A DNA stretch of 64,000 bases from contig DATDCZ010000029.1 of the NCBI GenBank assembly GCA_036524055.1, positions 1,042 through 65,041 of the forward strand, written 5' to 3'. How positions within the stretch are numbered: the stretch's first letter is position 1; the number at the start of each line of letters is the position of its first letter. The DNA is from Anaerolineales bacterium (GTDB taxonomy: Bacteria; Chloroflexota; Anaerolineae; Anaerolineales; Villigracilaceae). Below the pieces are notes generated by a model. It was not told the origin of the DNA, ran no database searches, and saw only the letters and a program-made list of their open reading frames with translations. A program made the position numbers and the translations under genes. Positions 1 to 8,512 of this stretch are shown piece by piece.

Positions 1-903
1 GCCATAGGCTGTCGCGCGGAGAGGTCGGCTTGGGTGAATGGCCGCGAAGAGCGGGTTGGCTACATCGGCCAGATCCGCGTCGCCGAGGGCTTTCGCGGAA
101 CGTGGCTCGTGCAGCAGGGGGCACAATGGTACTGCGAAGCCGGCGGCCGCGATCTTCTCTACTTCGGCGTGATCGCGAGCGAGAATCCGCGCGCCCGCAA
201 ACTTCTGACTGGAGGCCGGCTCCCTGGGGGGGTATATGTGCGGCGGTTATGCGGCATGACAACCTATGCCATTGCCCTTGGGCGCCAGCGTCAGCCTCGG
301 GTGCAAGGCATTCGCATTGGCGCCGGATCAACGGAGGGATTGGGCGCGATCGTGGACTTCGTCCACCGGCACGGGGCTCGACGCCAGCTCTTCCCTGCTT
401 ACACCGAGGAAGACTTCATCGGTGGAGTGAGGTTGCGCGGATTGAGTCCCCAGGACATTATGGTGGCGAGCAGGGACGGAGCGATCTGCGGCGTGATGGC
501 GGTGTGGAACCAGGCAGCCTACAAGCAGGACGTAGTGGATTCCTACAGTCCGACACTTCGCCGCATTCAGCCGTTCTACGACGTTGGGGCGCGGTTGCTC
601 GGGTTCGCACCACTAACAGCACCCGGACAGGCGATTCCCCTTTCGTTCGCAGCTTGCATCTGCGTCGCCAACGACGATCTGGAAGTGATGCGAGCCTTGC
701 TGCGCGTATCTGAGGAGCATGCGCGCCAGAACGGCAAGGCATTTTTCATGCTCGGACTTGCCGACAAGGATCCGCTTCTGGCAGCTGCCTCCACCACGAT
801 CCATATCACTTATCGAAGCGACCTGTATGCCGCAGCGTGGTCGCCTGACCGGCTAAAGCAGCTAGATGATCGAGTCCCATACATCGAGATCGCCACGCTG
901 TGA
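1..903 (+). CDS. GNAT-like acetyltransferase family protein, 5' end cut by window edge
   Basis: Frame 1 is open from base 1 to TGA 901-903. IGQIRVAEGFRGTW resembles the GNAT acetyl-CoA binding motif (Q/R-x-x-G-x-G/A). Function weakly supported. Confidence 0.45.
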   Translation, partial: AIGCRAERSAWVNGREERVGYIGQIRVAEGFRGTWLVQQGAQWYCEAGGRDLLYFGVIASENPRARKLLTGGRLPGGVYVRRLCGMTTYAIALGRQRQPRVQGIRIGAGSTEGLGAIVDFVHRHGARRQLFPAYTEEDFIGGVRLRGLSPQDIMVASRDGAICGVMAVWNQAAYKQDVVDSYSPTLRRIQPFYDVGARLLGFAPLTAPGQAIPLSFAACICVANDDLEVMRALLRVSEEHARQNGKAFFMLGLADKDPLLAAASTTIHITYRSDLYAAAWSPDRLKQLDDRVPYIEIATL

Positions 904-2087
904 ACAAGCCGGGCGATGACAGGACGGATCGCATGCATTCACATCGCTTGACACGCTGGGAAGCTACCTCGCTGATGGTGGGTGCCGGAGTTGGCGCCGG
1001 CATCATGGCCGTGCCGTTTCTTGCACAGCATGTGGGCCTCATCGGACTGGCCATCATCCTTCCGGTCGCATGGGCGGTCAGCGCTCTCATCCACTTGATG
1101 CTGGCGGAGGTGCTGTTTCGCACCGGCAAGGACATGCAGATCGTGGAACTGATGCGGCTATACGTGCTTCGAGGCCGCGTCGGCCAGTGGTTGCTGTGGG
1201 CAGTCTTCGCCCTGTTGAGTGTTGCCTTCCTGGCCAACCTTGCGGCGTACGTATCTGGTGCGGGTGAGATCGTTGCGAATCTTACCGGGCTCAACACGCT
1301 GGTGGCAGACATCGTCATCTACGTCATCTCTGCCGGCGTGGTGTTCTACGGGCTGAAGGCGGTCGGCGTTGCGGAGCGATTTGGCGCGCTGGCGCTATTG
1401 GGTCTCATTGCCGCCATCAGTGTGGGCGCGGTTTCCATGCCGTTCAAGCTACCGCTTTGGTCCCCGGGCTCGGCAACCCAATGGCTCGCCCTCTACGGTA
1501 TGGTGATGTATGCACTATGGACGTTTTACAGCGTGCCGCAAGTAGTCCAGGGCTTGGGAACCGACCGCCTGGGGGCCGTGCGGGCCATCACGATCGGCCT
1601 TGGCATCAACGGTGTGTTGACAGCGATTGTGGCGCTCATCGCCCTGGGCATCTCCAACCCAGTCACTGAGGTCGCCATCATCGGCATCAGCGAACGTCTT
1701 GGTACTTGGGCTGGCGTAGTCGGTTCGCTTTTCATCGTGTTCGCCCTGATCACAAGTTATTGGTCGGTCTCGCTGGCGTTGGCGGACATCCTCCGCCAGA
1801 GGACAAACATGTCCGGGAAGCTCGCCTGGTTGTTGGCGACGCTCCCATCACTGCTCATCCTGTGGATCGGAGCCTGGCAGTTTCTGCAATGGCTGCGGCT
1901 GGCCGCGGGCGCTACCGCCCTCGTGGTTGCACTTATCACTCTGCCGATGTATCGGCAGGCGCATCGCACAGGCGCGGTCAGCGACCCGGGTTGGTCTCTC
2001 GGTCGGTGGGGAAAGCCTTGGATGCTTTTCCTAATGCTGTTGGCGTTGATCCTGATGGCGGTGGGATCCTTGGTCGCGGTGGACTAA
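900..2087 (+). CDS. Amino-acid permease-like polytopic membrane transporter (Trp/Tyr-permease-like family)
   Basis: 395-aa ORF, strongly hydrophobic with many predicted helices. N-terminal SLMVGAGVGAGIMAVPF resembles the IGAG-hL-x-hP signature of aromatic/hydroxy amino-acid permeases. GTG 900 overlaps the upstream stop; alternative ATG at 933. Confidence 0.6.
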   Translation: MNKPGDDRTDRMHSHRLTRWEATSLMVGAGVGAGIMAVPFLAQHVGLIGLAIILPVAWAVSALIHLMLAEVLFRTGKDMQIVELMRLYVLRGRVGQWLLWAVFALLSVAFLANLAAYVSGAGEIVANLTGLNTLVADIVIYVISAGVVFYGLKAVGVAERFGALALLGLIAAISVGAVSMPFKLPLWSPGSATQWLALYGMVMYALWTFYSVPQVVQGLGTDRLGAVRAITIGLGINGVLTAIVALIALGISNPVTEVAIIGISERLGTWAGVVGSLFIVFALITSYWSVSLALADILRQRTNMSGKLAWLLATLPSLLILWIGAWQFLQWLRLAAGATALVVALITLPMYRQAHRTGAVSDPGWSLGRWGKPWMLFLMLLALILMAVGSLVAVD

Positions 2088-2111
2088 TGCACCGGGTAAT
2101 CCTATCCGATC

Positions 2112-2906
2112 TCAGGCATTCAGACGATTGACGAGCTCAGGAAGTAGGCCGAGGTGGCCGATCTCGAAGTAGCCATGGTTCGGCGCATCGACGTGTTCGT
2201 GAGACCAGGTGTGCTCATAGGGCACAAAGACTGCGCGGCCGTCAATTTCGATCACAGGCAGGATGTCCGACTTCAGTGAATTCCCGACCATGATGAACTT
2301 GTCGATCGGAATGCCATGCCGCTGCAAGAGCGAACGGTAGCTCTCCGCGGTCTTATCCTGAATGATCTCTACGTATTTGAAGAGGGGTGTCAGGCCGGAC
2401 CGCTTGAGCTTCTCACTCTGCTCCAGCAGGTCGCCTTTGGTGATCAGCATGAGGTCGTGGTCGCGCGCGAGAGCAGTCAGGGCGGAGGCGGCGTGCTCAA
2501 AGAGCATCACATCGGCGGCCAGCATGTCGCGTCCCAACTGCAATATGGAATCGATCACGGCGCCGCTAACCTTGCCGCCCGTGATAGCCACGGCAGCCTC
2601 GATCATGGACAGCGTGTAGCTTTTGATGCCATAGCCGTACCAGCCGATATTGCGCACCTCGATCTCTCCGAGGGCCTTCTCGATCGCATCCGGTCCGGCA
2701 AAGTCCTGCAGGAGCTGCTTGAACGCGCCTCCCGCCCGCTGATAGTGGGTCTCGTTGTGCCACAGTGTGTCGTCAGCATCGAAAGCGATGAAGAGTCGCC
2801 GTGCGGTTGGTAGCTGGGTGCCGGAAGGTGTTGTCACAGCGTGGTCTTCTCCCCGATCTGACGAACTGGCATTCGGTTTTTGAGACCGGTATGGAGATAC
2901 TGACAT
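2112..2906 (-). CDS. HAD-superfamily hydrolase
   Basis: DxDxT motif in FIAFDADDTLW, later ITKGD and VGNSLKSD motifs typical of HAD motifs III/IV. Confidence 0.75.
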   Translation of the reverse strand: MSVSPYRSQKPNASSSDRGEDHAVTTPSGTQLPTARRLFIAFDADDTLWHNETHYQRAGGAFKQLLQDFAGPDAIEKALGEIEVRNIGWYGYGIKSYTLSMIEAAVAITGGKVSGAVIDSILQLGRDMLAADVMLFEHAASALTALARDHDLMLITKGDLLEQSEKLKRSGLTPLFKYVEIIQDKTAESYRSLLQRHGIPIDKFIMVGNSLKSDILPVIEIDGRAVFVPYEHTWSHEHVDAPNHGYFEIGHLGLLPELVNRLNA

Positions 2907-3125
2907 TCAGATTATCGCACGGGCCCGGTCGGATTTCAATAGCGTGCCCGATCTTCATACCGTGACACATACTCGCGCCGTGCAGCGCATGCCTCCGTCC
3001 CGGAATGGCCCGAAATCTGGTGACGTTTGTCCATTAGGTGAGTCGACTTGGGACCGTATCATGTTAGAATGCGCATCCGACGTGCGGCGGCTACACTTGG
3101 CAACATACCTCTGGAGCGGCCTTCC

Positions 3126-3845
3126 ATGAAGTTAAGCGGCGCATCGTCCGCAGAGGTACTCGAATTCCTGCGCGTCGTCCCCCTATTCTCGAAGATCAAT
3201 GGCTCCACGGCCAGAAACCTGGCCACCCAGTGCCACTTTCGCCATTTCGACAAGGGCGAACGGATCTTCCACGAATCCGACATGGCCGAGTGCGCCTTCC
3301 TGGTGCGTTCCGGGAAGATCTCCATCATCCTTAACAGCACCGATGGCCGTGAGCTGGTTATCGACGAAATGCGCCCCGGCGACATTCTGGGGGAGGTCGG
3401 TCTCTTAACTCGGACAAGCCACACCGCCAGCGCCGTTGCGCGTACACATTGCGAAGTTCTCGCTCTTCCCCGCGAGCTTTTCCTCCGCATGATCGATGAC
3501 GAGCCGGTCCTTGCACGCCGGATTCTGGATGTCACGGCCCATCGCCTGCAGCGGAGCGCCGTCCGCGAGACCGCCCTGGCATTCCTGGACGCCCAGGCCC
3601 GCCTCGCCCGCTACCTCCTTGCCTTGGAGGCCGAAGAGCATGACAAGGGCTATGTGACCGCCTCGCAGGAGGATCTGGCTCGGGGAACGGGCCTCATTCG
3701 CCAAACGGTCGCCAAGGTGCTGGGCAGGTGGCGTCGCGACGGCTGGCTTCTGACGGGCAGGGGAAGGGTTCTGCTCCTCAACCGTAAGGCTTTGGAGCAG
3801 ATCGAGAGAGGCGATATTTCGGTCTCGCTTGTGTCGCCGAGGTGA
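3126..3845 (+). CDS. Crp/Fnr-family transcriptional regulator (cNMP-binding domain + C-terminal HTH)
   Basis: VPLFSKINGSTARNLA...FDKGERIF.E.D...FLVRSGKISI is a cNMP-binding beta-roll. C-terminal ASQEDLARGTGLIRQTVAKVL is an HTH. ATG 3126 chosen over TTG 3048 because family members start about 10-15 aa before the VPLF motif. Confidence 0.85.
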   Translation: MKLSGASSAEVLEFLRVVPLFSKINGSTARNLATQCHFRHFDKGERIFHESDMAECAFLVRSGKISIILNSTDGRELVIDEMRPGDILGEVGLLTRTSHTASAVARTHCEVLALPRELFLRMIDDEPVLARRILDVTAHRLQRSAVRETALAFLDAQARLARYLLALEAEEHDKGYVTASQEDLARGTGLIRQTVAKVLGRWRRDGWLLTGRGRVLLLNRKALEQIERGDISVSLVSPR

Positions 3846-3916
3846 CAGACAGCCGGCGAACACTGACCTATACTGCGGGTAACGTTGAGACCGGAATGAC
3901 CAAAAAGGAGCCCGCA

Positions 3917-4903
3917 ATGAAGGTCGCGAAGAAGGTCCTGAAGAAGCTCTCCGCAGTTCGGGCCGTCCTGCCCAACGACGAGCGCGAAGTTCTCGACGCT
4001 ATCGTCCTTGGGGAGGTTCACGCCCACAAGTTCGGCAAGGTCGGTAAAGCGGGAAAAGCCAGCAAGGCTGGCAAAACCCAGGTCAAGGCGCACAAATTCG
4101 GCAAGTCCGTCGGCAAAGCCGCGAAGGCAGGCGGCAAGACACAGGTGAGGGCACACATGTTTGGTAAGGTCGGCAAGGTTGGGAAGGCCGCCAAGGCGGA
4201 TAAGACCCAGGTCAAGGCTCACATGTTCGGCAAGGTCGGCAAGGTTGGCAAGGCCGCCAAGGCGGATAAGACCCAGGTCAAGGCTCACATGTTCGGCAAG
4301 GTCGGCAAGGTTGGCAAAGCCGCCAAGGCGGACAAAACCCAAGTGAAGGCCCACAAGTTTGGCAAAGTTGGTAAGGTCGGCAAGGCTGACAAGACCGCCA
4401 AGCAGGTGAAGGCTCACAAGTTTGGCAAGGTCGGCAAGATCGGAAAAGCCGATAAGACCGCCAAGCAGGTGAAGGCTCACAAGTTTGGCAAGGTTGGCAA
4501 GGTCGGCAAGGCTGACAAGACCGCCAAGCAGGTGAAGGCTCACAAGTTTGGCAAAGTCGGCAAGGTCGGCAAGGCCGACAAGACCGCCAAGCAGGTGAAT
4601 GCTCACAAGTTTGGCAAGGTCAGCAAAGCCGGCAAGGCTGGTAAAGCCGGCAAGCAGGTCAAGGCCCACAAGGTTGGCAAGGTTGGTAAGGTCGGCAAGG
4701 TTGGTAAGGCCGGCAAGCAGGTCAAGGCCCACAAGCTGGGCAAGGTTGGGAAAGTTGGTAAGGTTGGCAAGGCTGGCAAGCAGGTCAACGCACACAAACT
4801 GGCCAAGACTAACCAGGCTCCGGCCAAGCTGATCCCTGCCACAACACTCCCTCCGATCGAGTTCGATCCGAATTCTGAGGAGTATCACCCGGTCCAGCAA
4901 TAA
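3917..4903 (+). CDS. Polycationic tandem-repeat protein: 34-aa N-terminal region, 12 x 21/22-aa Lys-rich units (consensus KAH[KM]FGKVGKVGKA(A)K(A)DKT(A)(K)QV), 38-aa Pro-rich/acidic tail
   Basis: ATG 3917 is preceded by AGGAG at 7-nt spacing. The repeat period is kept in frame (63 or 66 bp) over 768 bp, and wobble-position differences between units preserve the peptide. No family recognised. Confidence 0.7.
   Translation: MKVAKKVLKKLSAVRAVLPNDEREVLDAIVLGEVHAHKFGKVGKAGKASKAGKTQVKAHKFGKSVGKAAKAGGKTQVRAHMFGKVGKVGKAAKADKTQVKAHMFGKVGKVGKAAKADKTQVKAHMFGKVGKVGKAAKADKTQVKAHKFGKVGKVGKADKTAKQVKAHKFGKVGKIGKADKTAKQVKAHKFGKVGKVGKADKTAKQVKAHKFGKVGKVGKADKTAKQVNAHKFGKVSKAGKAGKAGKQVKAHKVGKVGKVGKVGKAGKQVKAHKLGKVGKVGKVGKAGKQVNAHKLAKTNQAPAKLIPATTLPPIEFDPNSEEYHPVQQ
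4019..4786 (+). repeat. 12 tandem in-frame DNA repeats (five 66-bp units and seven 63-bp units) inside the Lys-rich ORF
   Basis: Direct reading: units 4 and 5 (about 4204-4335) are almost identical at the DNA level, and units 6-9 (about 4336-4587) are near-identical 63-mers. A degenerate 13th unit starts at 4787. Confidence 0.9.
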
Positions 4904-4995
4904 CCTCTTAGCTCCCGGCAGTAGCGAACCTGGACCCTGCCGGAGGGGCACGGAGACTCCAGGACCTCAAAGCAAAATCAGACCTTCGAACGGGC

Positions 4996-5044
4996 AAACG
5001 TGGATTTTCTGCGGACAAGATTGATGCAGAGAATCCACGTTTTA
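4996..5044 (+). terminator. Rho-independent terminator-like hairpin after the repeat-protein gene
   Basis: AAACGTGGATTTTCTGC-loop-GCAGAGAATCCACGTTT forms a stem of about 17 bp followed by a T-run (cgTTTTatc). Confidence 0.65.
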
Positions 5045-5070
5045 TCTTATACTCGGGCAGGGTGGGCTAT

Positions 5071-5859
5071 ATGGACTCAGACCAGATTGCTCGTGAAGAA
5101 AAGCTCTCGGAGCAACTCAAGCGGCTGATCGTTTCGATCGGTGCCGGCGGACAGACCGTCCTTTTGGGCTCAAGCGACGAGCTGCTGAATTCCATCGTGG
5201 TGGCCGCCGCACGCATATTTGGCGCCGGTGCCGCCTCGATCCTGCTCGTCAATGAGGACGAGCAGGTTCTCGAATTCAAGGTCGCCTACGGCCCGGCCGG
5301 AAAGAAGCTGGTCGGAACCAAGTATCCGCTCGACAAAGGCATCGCCGGCTACGTCGTGATGACCGGCCAGCCCATCGCTACCTCCCAGGTCAGCAAGGAC
5401 GCGCGCTGGGACAAGGAATTCGCCCAGAGCACGGGGTATGTCCCGGAATCGATCCTTGCCACGCCGCTGCTTTCCGGGGACCGCATCATCGGCGTCATGG
5501 AAGTCCTCGACAAGATCAATGCAGCATCCTTCGGCATCCAGGACATGGAACTTCTGGGCATGTTCGCACGGCAGGCCGCCCTGGCAATTGATCAGGCTCA
5601 GCAGCTCAGCAAGATCGAAGGGGCGCTCGTCTTGGGGTTGAAGCGACTCGCGACCGCCGATCCATCCAAGGATTCCTCGGAGATCCTTTCCGTGCTTGAG
5701 ACAGCCAGGAATGACCAGGGCGAGATTTCTGATCTACTGGAGATCGCGCGCCTGCTGGGGGATATCAGTGCGTTGGGCGAGGCCGAACGTCGCGCCTGCC
5801 TGCAGATTCTGGAGGTCTTCGCCAGCCTCAAACGCTCCGCGCCGCGCAGGTTCGGGTAA
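5071..5859 (+). CDS. GAF domain-containing protein with helical C-terminal extension
   Basis: GAF-like core: SILLVNEDEQVLEFKVAYG...GIAGYVVMTGQPI...ILATPLLSGDRIIGVMEVLDK. No output domain seen. Alternative GTG start at 5062. Confidence 0.8.
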   Translation: MDSDQIAREEKLSEQLKRLIVSIGAGGQTVLLGSSDELLNSIVVAAARIFGAGAASILLVNEDEQVLEFKVAYGPAGKKLVGTKYPLDKGIAGYVVMTGQPIATSQVSKDARWDKEFAQSTGYVPESILATPLLSGDRIIGVMEVLDKINAASFGIQDMELLGMFARQAALAIDQAQQLSKIEGALVLGLKRLATADPSKDSSEILSVLETARNDQGEISDLLEIARLLGDISALGEAERRACLQILEVFASLKRSAPRRFG

Positions 5860-5862
5860 GGT

Positions 5863-6711
5863 ATGTCCGCAGAAGAAGAGGAACTGCGCCCCGCGTGGTC
5901 TCAAAGCTTCACGCCGGAGGCCATTCAGCAACTCAACGCTGTTGGCCCGTTCTCCGACATCACGCCCGCCTGGGCCTGGGGTCGTAGCAAAGGTAAGGGC
6001 ATACGTGTGGCAGTGGTCGACAGCGGTGTTGAGCATGACCATCCGGCTGTCGGCAAGAGTGTGAAGGGCGGAGTGATTGTGGAATACGACTCCCGCGCGA
6101 AAGATTCTTACCGCATCCGCCCGGACGATGAACCCATGGATGTCTCCGGCCACGGGACGGCCTGCGCCGGGATCATCCACGCGCTCGCCCCGGAGGCCGA
6201 GATCTACAGTGTAAGGGTGCTCGGCCGCAATATGGCCGGTCGTGCCATTCAGTTTGCCGCCGGGCTGGATTGGGCCATTGAACATGACATGCACGTGGTC
6301 AATCTCAGCTTGAGCACATCTCTGGAGGAATTCTTCGGGATCTTTCATGACCTCGCCGACCAGGCATACTTCAAGAACATGAATCTGGTTTCGGCGGTCA
6401 ACAACATACCTGAGCCGAGCTTCCCATCGCTCTATTCGTCCGTGATCTCCGTGGCCGCCCATGATGGGCATGATCCGTTCACCTACTATTACAATCCCAA
6501 GCCGCCGGTTGAATTCGGCGCGCCGGGGATCGACGTGGAAGTGGCCTGGAACCAAAAGCAGTACCTCGTGTGCACGGGTAACAGCTTCGCTGCTCCTCAC
6601 ATCGCTGGCATCACAACCCTGATTCGTTCCAAACACCCTGATCTGACGCCCTTTCAAGTCAAGACGGTCCTGATGGCTTGCGCGGCCAATATGCGCCATC
6701 GGGCAAACTAG
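5863..6711 (+). CDS. S8 (subtilisin-like) serine peptidase, small, no signal peptide
   Basis: Catalytic triad motifs in order: VAVVDSGV (Asp), SGHGTACAGII (His), GNSFAAPHIAGI (Ser). The N-terminus is acidic and not hydrophobic. Starts 3 nt after the GAF gene stop. Confidence 0.85.
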   Translation: MSAEEEELRPAWSQSFTPEAIQQLNAVGPFSDITPAWAWGRSKGKGIRVAVVDSGVEHDHPAVGKSVKGGVIVEYDSRAKDSYRIRPDDEPMDVSGHGTACAGIIHALAPEAEIYSVRVLGRNMAGRAIQFAAGLDWAIEHDMHVVNLSLSTSLEEFFGIFHDLADQAYFKNMNLVSAVNNIPEPSFPSLYSSVISVAAHDGHDPFTYYYNPKPPVEFGAPGIDVEVAWNQKQYLVCTGNSFAAPHIAGITTLIRSKHPDLTPFQVKTVLMACAANMRHRAN

Positions 6712-6730
6712 ATCAACAGAGAGGAAACAC

Positions 6731-8500
6731 ATGGGGCAATTCGATAAACCATCCGGATGGTCTCTTGCAGATTTGTTGCCGGCGCCAGTCGAGAAATCGC
6801 TGGAGGAAACCCTGGCCCAGCTGGAGCGGACGGTCTCCGGGTTTGAGGCCATGCGCGAACGGCTGACAGAGACTGTCGCAATTGACGATTTCAACAAGGC
6901 GCTCGCGGCGCTGGAAAAGATCTCCACCATCAAGAGCAAGATCGAGGCATATGCGGATCTTGCTTTCTCCGAAAACACACAGAGTCCCGAGGCGCTCAAT
7001 TTGCGGGACCGCGTCGATCAGGTCCTGACCGATATCGGCAACCGTTGCCTCTTCTTCGAGCTTTGGTTCAAGGCGCTTCCGGATGAGGCCGCCAATCGCC
7101 TGATCTCCAAAACCGGTGATCAGCGATATTTCTTGGAGACCATGCGGCGTTTCAAGCCGTTCACTCTGACCGAGCCCGAAGAGAAGGCCATCAACATCAA
7201 GGATGTCAATGGCATCGACGCCATCGTCAACTTGTACGAGATGATCACCAACGGCTTCGAGTTCGAGCTGGAGGTGGATGGCGAGAAGAAGACGCTCACG
7301 CGCGACGAGCTGGCAAGTTACTACCAGAATCCTTCACCGGATTTGCGCGCCGCCGCGTACCAGGAGCTGTTTCGGGTATTCGGCGAGAATTCCACGGTGC
7401 TGGCCCAGATGTACATCCACCGGGCGCGCGACTGGCACGCCGAGGGAGTGGAGTTGCGGGGCTTCCCGTCCCCGGTATTCGCACGCAACCTGGAAAATGA
7501 TCTCCCCGAAGCGGTTGTGAATACGCTGTTGTCCGTCTGCCGGAAGAATGCCAGCTTGTTTCAGAAGTACTTCAAGCTGAAGGCCAAGTGGCTGGGGCTC
7601 GACAAGCTGCGGCGGTATGACGTTTACGCGCCCCTGGCTCCTTCCGACAAGAAATTCGCGTATGCTGAGGCCACCCAAATGGTGATGGACAGCTATACGG
7701 CCTTTTCGTCCGACGTGGCGGCGCTTGCCAGGCGCGTGTTCGATGACGACCATCTGGACTCTGAAGTTCGTGCCGGCAAACGCGGCGGCGCTTTTTGTTA
7801 CACCGTGTCCCCGGAGCTCACGCCCTGGGTTATGGTCAACTACAACCAGCAGGCCCGCGACATCGCCACGCTGGCACACGAACTGGGGCATGCGATCCAT
7901 TCGATGCTTGCCAGTCGCCATTCCATACTGACCCAGCTGCCTTCCCTGCCGTTGGCCGAAACGGCCTCAGTGTTCGGCGAGATGCTGCTGACCGACCGAT
8001 TGCTGAAGCAGGAGCAGGACCCGCGCGTCCGGCGAGAGCTTCTGGCGAACGCCCTGGACGACGCCTATATCACGGTCATGCGCCAGGCCTACTTCACCAT
8101 CTTCGAGAAGGACGCCCATGACATGATCGCCGACGGCAAGACGATAGACGAGTTGGCCGACCACTACCTGGCAAATCTCAGGGAACAGTTCAGTGATGCC
8201 GTGGATGTCAGCGAGGACTTCAAGTGGGAGTGGGTCAGCGTGCCTCACATGATCCAGTGGCCCTTCTATACCTATGCCTATAGCTTCGGCCAATTGCTGG
8301 TCCTTGCGCTGTATCAACAGTACCGGCTCGAGGGCGATGCCTTCCTACCCAGGTATCTGCGCATCCTCTCGCACGGTGGCTCAACGCCGCCGCTGAAGGT
8401 GCTCACGGAGGCCGGCCTCGACGTCACGCAGGCCGCCTTCTGGCAGGGTGGCTTCGATTTCCTCGCGAAAATGCTGGCCGAACTCGAGCAATTGTCTTAA
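6731..8500 (+). CDS. pepF: M3-family oligoendopeptidase (PepF-like)
   Basis: 589 aa with zinc motif HELGHAIH and downstream E in AETASVFGE; length typical of the M3B family. Confidence 0.85.
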   Translation: MGQFDKPSGWSLADLLPAPVEKSLEETLAQLERTVSGFEAMRERLTETVAIDDFNKALAALEKISTIKSKIEAYADLAFSENTQSPEALNLRDRVDQVLTDIGNRCLFFELWFKALPDEAANRLISKTGDQRYFLETMRRFKPFTLTEPEEKAINIKDVNGIDAIVNLYEMITNGFEFELEVDGEKKTLTRDELASYYQNPSPDLRAAAYQELFRVFGENSTVLAQMYIHRARDWHAEGVELRGFPSPVFARNLENDLPEAVVNTLLSVCRKNASLFQKYFKLKAKWLGLDKLRRYDVYAPLAPSDKKFAYAEATQMVMDSYTAFSSDVAALARRVFDDDHLDSEVRAGKRGGAFCYTVSPELTPWVMVNYNQQARDIATLAHELGHAIHSMLASRHSILTQLPSLPLAETASVFGEMLLTDRLLKQEQDPRVRRELLANALDDAYITVMRQAYFTIFEKDAHDMIADGKTIDELADHYLANLREQFSDAVDVSEDFKWEWVSVPHMIQWPFYTYAYSFGQLLVLALYQQYRLEGDAFLPRYLRILSHGGSTPPLKVLTEAGLDVTQAAFWQGGFDFLAKMLAELEQLS

Positions 8501-8512
8501 GGAGCGTTGGGC

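Noticed and set aside
4019-4786. Regular 63/66-bp direct repeats that could look like a CRISPR array
   Set aside because: The repeats are contiguous with no unique spacers, are multiples of 3, stay in frame in an SD-preceded ORF, and there are no cas genes.
3650-4951. 433-aa minus-strand ORF with Leu-rich repeats (LADLANLAKLVSLHLLGGLV...)
   Set aside because: It is the antisense mirror of the Lys-rich repeat gene (AAG/GGC codons read as CTT/GCC). It overlaps the Crp gene end and has no SD. The plus-strand frame has a strong SD and a clean start and stop.
5734-6999. 421-aa minus-strand ORF
   Set aside because: It is antisense to the S8 peptidase and M3 peptidase genes, which have clear catalytic motifs. 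This is a typical long shadow ORF of GC-rich DNA.
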